DNA of 64,000 nt from an uncultured Oscillospiraceae bacterium (GCA_910579595.1 CAJTVM010000001.1:2406-66405); one strand, 5' to 3'. Positions 1-9,638 are shown, numbered from the stretch's first letter. Numbers and translations: made by a program. Notes: generated by a model not told the origin, from the letters alone.

Positions 1-8
1 CGTTCAGT

Positions 9-716
9 TTGAACCTTTCCCAGCCACACACTCTGCTGAATTTTCGGGTGCAAATGCGGGAGAATGCAGGCCGCTATGCCGCGATTTTCCAGCGGACAGC
101 TTTTTTTCAGGCCCTCCGGCAGCAATTTGACAGTTTGGGCCTGGATGCCCACATCATGAGTCAAAACGGCCTGGATTTGATCCTGCTGGAAGCTCGGGCA
201 GGCTGTCCCCCCTTGGAATCCAGCCTGCCACACCTTCCTTCCATCTTCCGAACCCTTCAGGCAGATTACCCCGCGCTGACCGTAATCGGCGGAGGCAGCC
301 GGTCTCATGCGGGCATACCCGGCCTGTCACTATGCCGCTGGGAGGCCCAGCTTGCTTTAAAGGCGGCAGAGGGCAGAGGTGAAAACTGTTTCCTGCGGTT
401 CGATCAGCTTGGGATTCTCCGGCTCTTATATTCTGGCGATCCTCACCGGGAGGTTGGGTTATTTGTTCAAGAAACTTTAAAAGGGCTGCTTGCTCCGGAA
501 ACCGCTCACAGTGGAGAACTGCTGGAAACGCTGGACTGTTATTTTCGGAACTTGGGCAACCAGCGCCGGATGGCACAAGAATTGTATGTACATTACAACA
601 CGGTAGCATATCGCCTAAAAAGCATCCAGGAAATCACGCACGCAGACCTTAGCAATCCGGTGGAGCGGATGCAGCTGGAATTGGCGCTTTATCTGCATAA
701 GTTTAACACACTGTAA
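9..716 (+). CDS. PucR/CdaR-family transcriptional regulator (probably 5'-truncated by window edge)
   Basis: C-terminal HTH of PucR type (LLETLDCYFRNLGNQRRMAQELYVHYNTVAYRLKSIQEI); no RBS visible, frame likely begins upstream. Confidence 0.85.
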   Translation: MNLSQPHTLLNFRVQMRENAGRYAAIFQRTAFFQALRQQFDSLGLDAHIMSQNGLDLILLEARAGCPPLESSLPHLPSIFRTLQADYPALTVIGGGSRSHAGIPGLSLCRWEAQLALKAAEGRGENCFLRFDQLGILRLLYSGDPHREVGLFVQETLKGLLAPETAHSGELLETLDCYFRNLGNQRRMAQELYVHYNTVAYRLKSIQEITHADLSNPVERMQLELALYLHKFNTL

Positions 717-824
717 ACAGCCTGACGTGAGCAATTAAAATTTTAGCCATGCGGTCAATGGGCCTGATTTTAGTTTTAAGGAACCTCTGAAAAATGTGTC
801 AACCCGGAAAAATTTTGGGGAAAC

Positions 825-850
825 GCAACCGGAGGTACGTCAATTCCGTA
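825..850 (+). promoter_or_regulatory. Putative autoregulatory ECF-sigma promoter (GCAAC-N17-CGTA)
   Basis: AAC/CGT elements typical of SigV/SigW-type ECF promoters, directly upstream of the ECF sigma gene. Confidence 0.55.
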
Positions 851-897
851 TTATTATTCAGAGGCGCTTCTGATATAACGGACAGAGGAGGGATTGC

Positions 898-1389
898 ATG
901 GGGGAACCTTGGAACGACCCCGGCGCGCTGGCGCGGAAGCTGGCCCCGGCGGTGTACCGGCTGGCCTACGCCCGGACGGGAAGCCGGACCGACGCGGAGG
1001 ACGTGATGCAGGAGGTGTTCCTCCGGCTGATCAAGGCCAAGCCGGTTTTTGCCAGCGAGGCCCACGCCAAGGCGTGGCTGCTGAAGGTGGCGTCCAACTG
1101 CGTGGGCGACCTGTTCCGCCTGCCCTGGCGGAAGCGGGAGGAGCCGCTGGAGACGGACATGGCCGCCCCGGAAGCCCCGGAGGAGGGCAGCGTGACCCAG
1201 GCGGTGCTCTCCCTGCCCGTCCGGTACCGTGTCCCCATCCACCTGTACTACTATGAGGAGTACTCCGTGGCGGAAATCGCGCAGATCACAGGTAAAAGCG
1301 AGGGGACCATCAAATCTCATCTGTTTCGGGCCCGCGCCCTTCTGCGGGACAAGCTGAAGGAGGAGAACTGTGTTGAGGACTCAGTATAA
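898..1389 (+). CDS. ECF-type RNA polymerase sigma-70 factor
   Basis: Region 2 (DAEDVMQEVFLRL, KAWLLKVA) and region 4 (YSVAEIAQITGKSEGTIKSHLFRAR); RBS GGAGG. Confidence 0.93.
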   Translation: MGEPWNDPGALARKLAPAVYRLAYARTGSRTDAEDVMQEVFLRLIKAKPVFASEAHAKAWLLKVASNCVGDLFRLPWRKREEPLETDMAAPEAPEEGSVTQAVLSLPVRYRVPIHLYYYEEYSVAEIAQITGKSEGTIKSHLFRARALLRDKLKEENCVEDSV

Positions 1390-2848
1390 GCGTGAGATGG
1401 ATCAGTTCGGCCCCCGGCAGGAGGAGCTGGAGCAGCTCTACACATTGATCGAAGGAGGAACCAATATGAATCGGAAAAAATGGATTGGCCGCAGGGCGGT
1501 GCTGGCCATCGCGGCGTGCGCCGCGCTGACCCTCACGGCGGCAGCGGCGGCAGTCCCAAAGGTATGGGACGCCCTGCGAGAGGATTTGGGGGCCTTCGCC
1601 CCCTACGCCCAGACCATCGAGGGGGCGTCGTGCACCGACGAGGGAATTGAGGTGCAGGTGCTCAGCGCCATCTCCGACGATCTGGAGGCACGGTTCTACC
1701 TGGCCGTGCGGGACGTGGAGGAGGATCGTTTGAGCGAATTTTTGACCCTCACCGGCAGGCTGACGGCGGGGGAGGAAAAAGAGACCGAGACGAAGGCTTC
1801 AGCGGAGGTCATCGCCATCGCCGCCAGTCCTTTCACCACCGGTTTTACCCTGGTTTCTTATGACCCGGCGACGAAAACCGCCCTGCTCACCGCCAAGATC
1901 GGCTATTATGAGAGCGCGCGGCCCACGGGGGCGGCTCAGCTTGAGCTCACGGGGATGAGCACCCGCCAGGGTACGATGCATGGAAATGTGTCCTGCGAGG
2001 CTGTCACCGGGAGCCAATTAAAAAGCCTGCCGGCGGGCGAGGACGATACGGTGGTTTTTCGCGCCACCGGAATTTTCAACGGCGAATACGCCGATGCCCC
2101 CCTGCCCAGCCAAAAGGTGGTGCTGGCCCCCGGCCAGAATCCCATGGATATTGAGGGCACGGAGGATATGCGGATTTCCTCCATGGGCTTTGCCAGCGAC
2201 GGCTGCTTCCATATCCGCCTGGAGTTCGCCGGCGGGGTGAAACCGGCCACCTTTGAACCGGTCAATATCGACTCGGAGACCGGCGTCAATCTCACCGCCG
2301 GTCAGATCGGCAGTGAGTTCTTCTGCGACTTTCTGGTTGAGGGCGGGGATCAAAAATATCATGTCATCCAGGAGCGGCTTGTAGAGGGCGGCATGGATAT
2401 TCTGTTCCCGCTGCTCAAGGTGGAGGATCTGAAGGAAATTCAAAGCCAAGAGGCCCGGGTTTACGGGACCTACTTCCGGCCGGGTGCGGACATTGAGGGC
2501 GAATGGTCCACGGAGTTTGAGATGGAGTATTACCCCTCCGCCGTCCTGGACTGGAAGGGCACGGTGAGCGGCTGGAAGATGCGGAAGGTGACGCTTTCTC
2601 CACTGAGCGTCACCATGCTGGGCCATAAGGGCGACAGCTCGGGCGCCTTGGCAAACACCCCGCTGTATGCCGTGAAAAAGGACGGCACGGAAATTGCCGC
2701 CGAGCCGGGAACGGGCCGTTACGGCAATCTGGGCGCGGCAGGCGGCGAGGGCTGGGAGGGCTACGCCACCTGGCAGTTTACCGAACCCTTGGACTTGGAC
2801 GAGATCGTGTCCCTCAAGATCCGGGATGTGGTGATTCCGGTGAAGTGA
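1370..2848 (+). CDS. Putative membrane-anchored anti-sigma factor (DUF4179-like)
   Basis: Overlaps the ECF sigma stop; short N-terminal segment, one hydrophobic helix (AVLAIAACAALTLTAAAAA), large beta-rich C-terminal region. Confidence 0.7.
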   Translation: MLRTQYKREMDQFGPRQEELEQLYTLIEGGTNMNRKKWIGRRAVLAIAACAALTLTAAAAAVPKVWDALREDLGAFAPYAQTIEGASCTDEGIEVQVLSAISDDLEARFYLAVRDVEEDRLSEFLTLTGRLTAGEEKETETKASAEVIAIAASPFTTGFTLVSYDPATKTALLTAKIGYYESARPTGAAQLELTGMSTRQGTMHGNVSCEAVTGSQLKSLPAGEDDTVVFRATGIFNGEYADAPLPSQKVVLAPGQNPMDIEGTEDMRISSMGFASDGCFHIRLEFAGGVKPATFEPVNIDSETGVNLTAGQIGSEFFCDFLVEGGDQKYHVIQERLVEGGMDILFPLLKVEDLKEIQSQEARVYGTYFRPGADIEGEWSTEFEMEYYPSAVLDWKGTVSGWKMRKVTLSPLSVTMLGHKGDSSGALANTPLYAVKKDGTEIAAEPGTGRYGNLGAAGGEGWEGYATWQFTEPLDLDEIVSLKIRDVVIPVK

Positions 2849-2922
2849 GGAAGCCGGACGGGTTTCATGACGCAAAAGGGCGCGGAAGGGGAATGTCCCC
2901 TTCCGCGCCCGGTCTGTTCCGT

Positions 2923-3222
2923 TCAAAGCAGATAGTTGTTGTCCCGGTTGGCGGGCTGCATCGCCTTCAGCTTGTAGGTGGCGAAGCCCTCCAGCACCAG
3001 CGGCTCCTGCCGGCACAGCGCCTCCGCCTCCTCGAAGCTGTCCGCCCGCAGGATATACATACCCGCCACGCCGGGATAGCCCTTGAACACCCCGCACAGT
3101 TCCAGATGGCCGCTGTCATCCAGGGCTTTCAGGTTGGCGACATGGCGCTCCACAGCGGCCCTGGTCAGCCGGTTGTAGGTCTTGGCCTTTTCGATGAACA
3201 TCACATAAAGCCATTGCTCCAT
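2923..3222 (-). CDS. YciI-family protein
   Basis: ~100 aa; RHVANLKAL, LELCGVF, GMYILRADSFEEAEAL, EPLV pattern; start chosen from RBS AAGGAG. Confidence 0.8.
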   Translation of the reverse strand: MEQWLYVMFIEKAKTYNRLTRAAVERHVANLKALDDSGHLELCGVFKGYPGVAGMYILRADSFEEAEALCRQEPLVLEGFATYKLKAMQPANRDNNYLL

Positions 3223-3253
3223 TGGTTCCGCTCCTTTCAACTCATAAATGGCG

Positions 3254-3856
3254 TCAAATCTCCCGCCGTCCCTCCAGGGCCCGCATCAACGTGGCGTCGT
3301 CGGCGAACTCCAGATGGCTCCCCACGGGGATGCCGTAGGCAAGCCGGGTGGTTTTCACCCCGAAGGGTTTGAGCAGCCGGCTGAGGTACATGGCGGTGGT
3401 CTCCCCCTCGGTGTCCGGGTTGGTGGCCATGATGACCTCCTGGATCCCGCCGGAGGCCACCCGCTCCATCAGCTGCTGGATGCGCAGATCATCGGGGCCT
3501 ACGTGGTTCATGGGGGAAATCACCCCGTGGAGGACATGGTACACGCCGTTGTACTCCCTTGAGCGCTCCATAGCCACCACGTCCTTGGGGTCGGCCACCA
3601 CGCACACCAGGGAATGGTCCCGCTTGGACGAGGCGCACAGGGCGCATTCGCCCTCCCCGTCGGTGAGGTTCTGGCACACCGGGCAGCAGCCAATCAGGCG
3701 CTTGGCGTCCAGCAGGGCGGCGGCGAAATCCTTGGCCGCCTGCTCCGGCTGATCCAGGATGAAAAAGGCCAGCCGCTGGGCGCTTTTGCGGCCCACGCCG
3801 GGGAGTTTTGCAAATTGCTCCACTAAATTTTCCAGCGCCGCGGGGAAGTAGTCCAT
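3254..3856 (-). CDS. recR: Recombination mediator RecR
   Basis: LPGVGRKSAQRLAF, C4 zinc finger, Toprim motif ATNPDTEGETTA. Confidence 0.98.
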   Translation of the reverse strand: MDYFPAALENLVEQFAKLPGVGRKSAQRLAFFILDQPEQAAKDFAAALLDAKRLIGCCPVCQNLTDGEGECALCASSKRDHSLVCVVADPKDVVAMERSREYNGVYHVLHGVISPMNHVGPDDLRIQQLMERVASGGIQEVIMATNPDTEGETTAMYLSRLLKPFGVKTTRLAYGIPVGSHLEFADDATLMRALEGRREI

Positions 3857-3880
3857 GGGGATGCCTCCAAAACAGAAAAT

Positions 3881-4531
3881 TTACAGGGGATGCCGCAGGG
3901 CCTCGATGGCCTTCGCCGGGTCGTCCGCGCCGTAGACGGCACTGCCCGCCACCAACACCGTGGCCCCGGCCTCCACCACCAGCTTGGCCGTCTCCGGGGT
4001 GATGCCGCCGTCCACCTCCAGCTCACAGCCGGGGTGGTATTTGTCGATGATGGCCCGCACCTCCCGGATGGTGTCCAGCTGGTGCTCCATGAATTTCTGC
4101 TTGCCGAAGCCCGGCTCCACCGTCATCACCAGCACCATGTCCAGCCGCTCGATATAGGGCAGGATGGCCTTGGCCGCCGTGATGGGCCGCAGGGCTACCG
4201 CCTTTTTCACCCCGTTGGCCTCCATGGCGTGGAGGGCGTCGGCGATGCAGGCGGGGTAGTCGGACTCCAGGTGGACGGTGAGCAGATCCGCCCCCGCCTG
4301 GGCAAAATCATCGATGAAGCGCACGGGCTTTTCGATCATCAGGTGGGTGTCCAGAAACAGGCTGGTGTACTTGCGGATGGCCTGCACCACCGGGATGCCG
4401 ATGGAGATGTTGGGGACAAACATCCCGTCCATCACGTCCAGATGGAGCCAGTCAGCGCTGGATACGCTGCGGATATCATCCTCCAGATTGCAAAAATCCG
4501 CCGCGAGGATGGATGGCGACACTTTGACCAT
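3881..4531 (-). CDS. rpe: Ribulose-phosphate 3-epimerase
   Basis: SPSILAADF, HLDVMDGMFVPN, MTVEPGFGKQ, EVDGGI. Confidence 0.98.
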   Translation of the reverse strand: MVKVSPSILAADFCNLEDDIRSVSSADWLHLDVMDGMFVPNISIGIPVVQAIRKYTSLFLDTHLMIEKPVRFIDDFAQAGADLLTVHLESDYPACIADALHAMEANGVKKAVALRPITAAKAILPYIERLDMVLVMTVEPGFGKQKFMEHQLDTIREVRAIIDKYHPGCELEVDGGITPETAKLVVEAGATVLVAGSAVYGADDPAKAIEALRHPL

Positions 4532-4712
4532 GCTTTTTCACCCTTCTTTCGTAGAATTTGCGGACGGACGTGCCGCCCCAAAGCCGGGATCGCGGCACAC
4601 CTGCCGCCCCCCGGCAACATAAGATAAAACACGCGGAACCCGCTGCGGGGCTGGCCGGACGGCTCCCCGACGCCCCAGGCTTGCGCCCGGCGCACGGCCT
4701 TTGCGGCGCACC

Positions 4713-4808
4713 GCACCTGAATACCCCGCACCGCCGCAGCCGCGGCGGTGCGGGGAGTTTGATGTTGTCCGTAAGGGAGGGGCGCCCCCCTTCCCTACAT
4801 ACGGGGTT
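4713..4808 (-). repeat. REP-like GC-rich palindromes downstream of ilvA
   Basis: Hairpin CCCCGCACCGCCGC/GCGGCGGTGCGGGG and, on the minus strand, GTAG-GGAAGGGGG..CCCCTCCC-TTAC. Confidence 0.45.
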
Positions 4809-6031
4809 TAACCCGTGATTGTCCCGCTGAGGGGCACCTCCTTGACCTGGTAGCCCGCCTGACGCAGGGCGTCCATGATTTCCGCCTTGTGGCTCAGGCC
4901 GAAGGCCTCCAGGGTGACCTTCAGCTCCACCCCCGCCTGACGGTTGATGTTGACAAATTGGTTGTGGTCCAGCTTAATGATGTTGCCGCTCTGCCGGGCC
5001 ACCAGCTCCGCGATGCGCAGCAGCTCGCCGGGCCGGTCGGGCAGCTGCACCGAGAAGGTGAAAATCCGCCCCCGGTTGATAAGCCCGTGCTGCACCAGGG
5101 ACGAGATAGTGATCACATCCATATTGCCGCCGGACAGCACGGGAACTACGTTCAAGTCGGCGCGCTCCAGATGCTTCAGGGCCGCGATGGTGAGCAGCCC
5201 CGCGTTTTCCACCACCATTTTGTGCTTTTCCATCACATCCAGGAAGGCGTCTACCAGCTCGCCGTCGTCAATGGTGATGATCTCGTCCACGTTCTGCTGG
5301 ATGTAGGGGAACACCTTTTCCCCCGGCGTCTTGACGGCCACGCCGTCGGCGATGGTAGTCACCCGGTCAAGCGTGACCACGTGCCCCGCCTCGATGCTGG
5401 CCTTCATGGACGCCGCCCCGGAGGGCTCCACGCCGATGACCCGCACGGAGGGGTTGAGCAGCTTGGCCAGGGTGGACACCCCCGCCGCCAGCCCGCCGCC
5501 GCCGATTGGCACCAGGATCGCGTCCACATCGGGCAGGTCCTTGAAAATTTCGTAGGCGATGGTGCCCTGCCCGGTGGACACGGTGAGATCGTCGAAGGGG
5601 TGGACGTAGGTCAGTCCCTCCTCCTGGCTGAGCTGGGCGGCCAGAGCCGCCGCGTCATCGAAAGTCTCGCCGTGGAGCACTACCTTGGCCCCGTAGTCCT
5701 TGGTGTTGTTTACCTTCACCAGAGGGGTGGTGGTGGGCATGACGATGGTGGCCTGCACCCCCGCCGCCTGGGCGGCGTAGGCCACGCCCTGGGCGTGGTT
5801 GCCCGCGGAGGCGGTGACCAGCCCCCGGGCCTTTTCCTCATCGGACAGGGTGGAGCACTTGAAGTATGCGCCCCGGATTTTATACGCCCCTGTCACCTGC
5901 ATATTTTCCGGCTTGATATAGACCTGGTTGCCGGTGGATTTGGTAAAGAAGGGGCTGTGCATTAAGTCGGTGCGGTGGAGCACGCCGTCCAGCGTTTTCC
6001 GCGCCGCTTTGAAATCGTTAAGCGTCATCAT
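4808..6031 (-). CDS. ilvA: Threonine ammonia-lyase with C-terminal ACT domain
   Basis: KPENMQVTGAYKIRGA, ASAGNHAQG, PIGGGGL, ACT domain DRPGEL. Confidence 0.95.
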   Translation of the reverse strand: MMTLNDFKAARKTLDGVLHRTDLMHSPFFTKSTGNQVYIKPENMQVTGAYKIRGAYFKCSTLSDEEKARGLVTASAGNHAQGVAYAAQAAGVQATIVMPTTTPLVKVNNTKDYGAKVVLHGETFDDAAALAAQLSQEEGLTYVHPFDDLTVSTGQGTIAYEIFKDLPDVDAILVPIGGGGLAAGVSTLAKLLNPSVRVIGVEPSGAASMKASIEAGHVVTLDRVTTIADGVAVKTPGEKVFPYIQQNVDEIITIDDGELVDAFLDVMEKHKMVVENAGLLTIAALKHLERADLNVVPVLSGGNMDVITISSLVQHGLINRGRIFTFSVQLPDRPGELLRIAELVARQSGNIIKLDHNQFVNINRQAGVELKVTLEAFGLSHKAEIMDALRQAGYQVKEVPLSGTITG

Positions 6032-6121
6032 GTGAAAGGATTCCCTCGTCTCTTTAAAAATGTAACGATCTATTTTACATGAAGAAATTGTTAAAGTCAA
6101 CCGCCTACCCGCCCCTTCTTC

Positions 6122-6150
6122 TTGACTTTAGGCTCGGAGGAGGGTAAAAT
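6122..6150 (+). promoter_or_regulatory. SigA-type promoter of the xpaC-telA operon
   Basis: TTGACT-N17-TAAAAT. Confidence 0.6.
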
Positions 6151-6199
6151 GGTAGCTGTATCAAATTGTAAGCGCGCAGTCGGAAAGGGGGAACGGGCC

Positions 6200-6886
6200 G
6201 TGTCCCGAGTGAAAAAACGCAGCGTCCTGCCCGTCTATTTCATTGGGGGGACATGGCTGGCGTGGGCGATGTTCGCGCCGCTGTACCGCCCCACCCACTA
6301 TATTATGGCGGCGCTGGCGTCTGTGATCGCGTACAACGTGGGCAAGATGATCTTCCCGGACCGGGGTTTTGTGCTGGAAGCCGAGGAAAAGCCCTCCGCC
6401 GCCCAGGCCGCGCCCCCCAAGGAGGAGAAACCCAAGTCCACGGGCAACCCCGAGATCGACGCTTTGCTGGTGGAGCGGGGCCGGGCTGTCTCCGAGATGC
6501 GCAGGCTCAACGACGCCATCAAGGACGAGAAAATCTCCCGGCAGATCAGCCATCTGGAGGTCACCACCGGCAAGATCGTTGACGCTGTGGTGGAAAAACC
6601 GTCCAAGCTGCCCCAGATCCGCAAGTTCATGAACTACTACCTGCCCACCACCCTGAAGCTGCTCAACGCCTACGACAGGATGGATTCCACCGGGGTATCG
6701 GGAACCAACATCGACGGCACCAAGGGCAGGATCGAGGATATGCTGGACACCATCTGCACCGCCTTCAGCCGCCAGTTGGACGCGCTGTACGGCGAGGAGG
6801 CGCTGGACATCTCCGCCGATATCACCGTCATGGAGCAGATGCTTCAGCAGGAGGGCATCGGCGGCATGACCATGGGCGGGGAGTGA
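6200..6886 (+). CDS. XpaC-like (5-bromo-4-chloroindolyl phosphate hydrolysis family) membrane protein
   Basis: Two N-terminal TM helices; KFMNYYLPTTLKLLNAY and LDISADITVME; sits next to a TelA homolog as in xpaC-yaaN; GTG start after AAGGGGG. Confidence 0.85.
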   Translation: MSRVKKRSVLPVYFIGGTWLAWAMFAPLYRPTHYIMAALASVIAYNVGKMIFPDRGFVLEAEEKPSAAQAAPPKEEKPKSTGNPEIDALLVERGRAVSEMRRLNDAIKDEKISRQISHLEVTTGKIVDAVVEKPSKLPQIRKFMNYYLPTTLKLLNAYDRMDSTGVSGTNIDGTKGRIEDMLDTICTAFSRQLDALYGEEALDISADITVMEQMLQQEGIGGMTMGGE

Positions 6887-6893
6887 GAGGCGT

Positions 6894-7124
6894 ATGAGGT
6901 CTGAGAAAAAACGGAAAAACCAGTACCGGGTACTGGCTATTGTGTGGAGCTTCGCCGCTTTGTCCATGCTGGCGGCGGTACTCCGGCAGATTCCCAATGT
7001 GAGCGTATTTGCCCTGATTATTTTGGCGCTCAGCGTAGCCGCCGCCGCAATCTGGTGGTCCGCCTACCTGAAAGCATCCAAAACGTCGATTCAAACTAAC
7101 GATTCGGAGGAGAGAAAACCATGA
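6894..7124 (+). CDS. Small 2-TM hypothetical membrane protein
   Basis: RBS GAGG, two hydrophobic helices, ATGA overlap with telA start. Confidence 0.6.
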   Translation: MRSEKKRKNQYRVLAIVWSFAALSMLAAVLRQIPNVSVFALIILALSVAAAAIWWSAYLKASKTSIQTNDSEERKP

Positions 7125-8314
7125 GTGATGATCTGAACATGATGCCCGAGCTGACCTTGGATCCCAGCGGATCCGCCGCGGCGGCCGCTGTGCCCGCCGC
7201 CCCCTCCCTGACGCTGGAGAGCAGCGCCCCCGCGCCCAACGACGAGGCCGCCGCCCAGGCCGCCCGGGACGCCCAGGCCATCCAGCTGGACGAGAGCCAG
7301 CTCAGCGAGGCGGAGCGGAAGATGGTGAACGACTTTGCCGAGAAGATCGACATCACGGATTCCACCCAGGTGCTGCAATACGGCGCCGCCGCCCAGAAGA
7401 ACATCGCCGGGTTTTCCGAAAACGCGCTGAACAACGTGCGCACCAAGGATCTGGGCGAGGTGGGCCAGGCCCTGTCCTCCCTGGTGGTGGAGCTGAAAAC
7501 CTTCGGCGAGCCGGAGAAGAAGGGCATCGCCGGCTTCTTCCAGAAAAAAAAGAACGAGGCCATCGCCCTCAAGGCCAGCTACGACAAGGCGGAGGTCAAC
7601 GTGGACAAGATCGCCTCCATCCTGGAGGGGCACCAGGTCACGCTGATGAAGGACATCGCCATGCTGGATCAGATGTATGATCTGAACACCAAGTACTACA
7701 AAGAGCTGACCATGTATATCCTGGCGGGGAAAAAGGCGCTGATGAAGGCCCGGGGCGGGGCGCTGGAGGAACTGCGCCAGAAGGCGTCCGCCTCCGGATC
7801 CCAGGAGGACGCCCAGAAGTACAACGACTTTGCCAACCTGTGCAACCGCTTTGAGAAGAAGCTCCACGATCTGGAGCTTACCCGGATGATCTCCGTCCAG
7901 ATGGGCCCCCAGACCCGGCTGATCCAGAACAACGACACCCTGATGCTGGAGAAAATCCAGTCCTCCCTGGTGAACACCATCCCGCTGTGGAAAAGCCAGA
8001 TGGTGCTGGCCCTGGGGCTGGAGCACTCCCGGCAGGCCACCGCCGCCCAGGCCGCCGTCACCAACATGACCAACGACCTGCTGCGCAAGAACGCGGAGAT
8101 GCTGAAGATGGGCACCATCGAGACCGCCCGGGAGGCGGAGCGCTCCGTGGTGGACATCGAGACCTTGCAGCACACCAACCAGCAGCTCATCTCCACCCTG
8201 GACGAGGTGATGCAGATCCAGAAGGACGGCGCCCAAAAGCGCAAGGCGGCGGAGGCGGAGCTGGGCCGCATCGAGGGCGAACTGAAGCAGAAGCTTTTGG
8301 AATTGCGAGGGTAA
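7121..8314 (+). CDS. Toxic anion resistance protein (TelA/KlaA/YaaN family)
   Basis: QYGAAAQKNIAGFS, NRFEKKLHDLELTR, NTIPLWKSQMVLALGL, ERSVVDIETL. Confidence 0.95.
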   Translation: MSDDLNMMPELTLDPSGSAAAAAVPAAPSLTLESSAPAPNDEAAAQAARDAQAIQLDESQLSEAERKMVNDFAEKIDITDSTQVLQYGAAAQKNIAGFSENALNNVRTKDLGEVGQALSSLVVELKTFGEPEKKGIAGFFQKKKNEAIALKASYDKAEVNVDKIASILEGHQVTLMKDIAMLDQMYDLNTKYYKELTMYILAGKKALMKARGGALEELRQKASASGSQEDAQKYNDFANLCNRFEKKLHDLELTRMISVQMGPQTRLIQNNDTLMLEKIQSSLVNTIPLWKSQMVLALGLEHSRQATAAQAAVTNMTNDLLRKNAEMLKMGTIETAREAERSVVDIETLQHTNQQLISTLDEVMQIQKDGAQKRKAAEAELGRIEGELKQKLLELRG

Positions 8315-8518
8315 AGAACATTGAAAATGTGTTTGGACGGCCCAGCTCCACGGGTTCCCAGCTGAAACCCAGCGCAAGCGGTTTCGGCTGGGGGGCGGCG
8401 GAGCAGCGAAATGAATGCGCTTTCGCCGCAGGCGGAAGCGCGTGATATGGAGCTTGCGCCGCCGCCGGGCCGCATCGAGGGCGAACTGAAGCAGAAGCTT
8501 TTGGAATTGCGGGGATAA
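8263..8518 (+). repeat. Direct duplication of the telA 3' end (8263-8314 and 8467-8518) flanking a structured insert
   Basis: 45 nt identical (GGGCCGCATC...GGAATTGCG); the last two codons differ only synonymously (CGA GGG TAA vs CGG GGA TAA). Confidence 0.92.
8352..8466 (+). repeat. Structured interspersed repeat, copy A
   Basis: Shares GGG-hairpin-GGG, GCGGAGC, GCTTTCGCCG..GCG.AAGCG and AGCTT.C.CCG.CG with 23535-23629. Confidence 0.65.
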
Positions 8519-8606
8519 GCGTGCGCCCAAAGCGAGCGCGACAACGCCGCGGCCCAGCGGCGCGTCCACTCCGAGCGCGATCACATTCGTTTAGAAAGGA
8601 TTTCCT

Positions 8607-9134
8607 ATGAAATTGTTGAAAAAACAGGGGGTGGCGTGGATCATCACCATTGTGATGGTCATTGCCGCCATCGGCATTGGCTACGCCAAGGCCCCGGTCA
8701 ACAACCCGAAACCCCAAGCGCCCCAGCCTGACCTGCCTGGAGCGTCCGCATCCTACGTGTGGGACAACGCCAAGGTGCTGTCCGATCGGACGGAACGGGA
8801 GCTGAATGAGCGCAACGATAGGCTGTGGGAGCGTTACAGCGCCTCTATCGGCGTGGTGACCTGCGATGATGTGGACGATTTGGGCGGGTACGCCATGCAG
8901 TGTGCCGGGGATATGGGCCTGGGCGGCTATGACTTTGTTGTGGCGCTGGACATCGAGGACGAGAACTACTGGCTGGTTCAAGGGGACGACATCCGCCGGG
9001 ATTTCACCGACCAGATGTGCTCCGACTACGCCTACGACTATATGGAGGACTATTTTGCCCGTGGGGATTATGACAACGCCGTGCTGGACCTCACCGAGGC
9101 GCTGGAGGACTGGTACGGGGATTACTATGGCTGA
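8607..9134 (+). CDS. TPM-domain membrane protein
   Basis: N-terminal TM; YVWDNAKVLS, IGVVT, FARGDYDNAV typical of the TPM domain. Confidence 0.8.
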   Translation: MKLLKKQGVAWIITIVMVIAAIGIGYAKAPVNNPKPQAPQPDLPGASASYVWDNAKVLSDRTERELNERNDRLWERYSASIGVVTCDDVDDLGGYAMQCAGDMGLGGYDFVVALDIEDENYWLVQGDDIRRDFTDQMCSDYAYDYMEDYFARGDYDNAVLDLTEALEDWYGDYYG

Positions 9135-9155
9135 TACCGGAAAGGGGGCCGCGCT

Positions 9156-9638
9156 ATGGATGGATTGACAGACCTGGTTATTATCATTGTGCTGGCGGTG
9201 GTTTTGCTGCTGGTGCTGGAGGGCTCTCACCGGCGGCGCTGGCGCTGCGGCTGGTATGATCCCGGCTATATCTACCGTCCCTTCTTCGTATTCCGGGCCA
9301 GACCGCCCAGACCGCCCCGTCCCCGCCGGACCCCCGGCGGTACGGTGTTTGGCCCCGGACCAGGGCCAAGACCCGGTTCCCGTCCCGGCGGCTCTTTTGG
9401 CGGGGGGCACACCTTTGGCGGCGGCGGACGGCCTTCCGGCTCCCGCCCCGGCGGTTCCTTCAGCGGGGGACGCACCTTTGGCGGCGGCGGACGGCCTTCC
9501 GGTTCCCGCCCCGGCGGTTCCTTCGGCGGGGGACGCGGCTTCGGGGGCGGCGGACGGCCTGGCGGCTCCTTTGGGGGCGGCCGTTCCTTCGGGGGTGGCG
9601 GACGTTCCGGCGGAGGACGCGGCGGCGGACGGCGTTAG
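9156..9638 (+). CDS. Single-TM protein with Pro/Arg- and Gly/Phe-rich repetitive tail
   Basis: RBS AAGGGGG; TM LVIIIVLAVVLLLVL; GGSFGGG repeats resembling TPM-protein C-terminal tails. Confidence 0.7.
   Translation: MDGLTDLVIIIVLAVVLLLVLEGSHRRRWRCGWYDPGYIYRPFFVFRARPPRPPRPRRTPGGTVFGPGPGPRPGSRPGGSFGGGHTFGGGGRPSGSRPGGSFSGGRTFGGGGRPSGSRPGGSFGGGRGFGGGGRPGGSFGGGRSFGGGGRSGGGRGGGRR
9373..9560 (+). repeat. ~63-bp coding tandem repeat, ~3 units (GSRPGGSFGGGxTFGGGGRPS)
   Basis: CCGG(T/C)TCCCG(T/C)CCCGGCGG...GGCGGCGGACGGCCT recurs at 63-nt spacing. Confidence 0.85.

Noticed and set aside
9373..9600. Regularly spaced repeats as a CRISPR array
   Set aside because: The units are contiguous in-frame coding repeats with no unique spacers, and no cas genes are nearby
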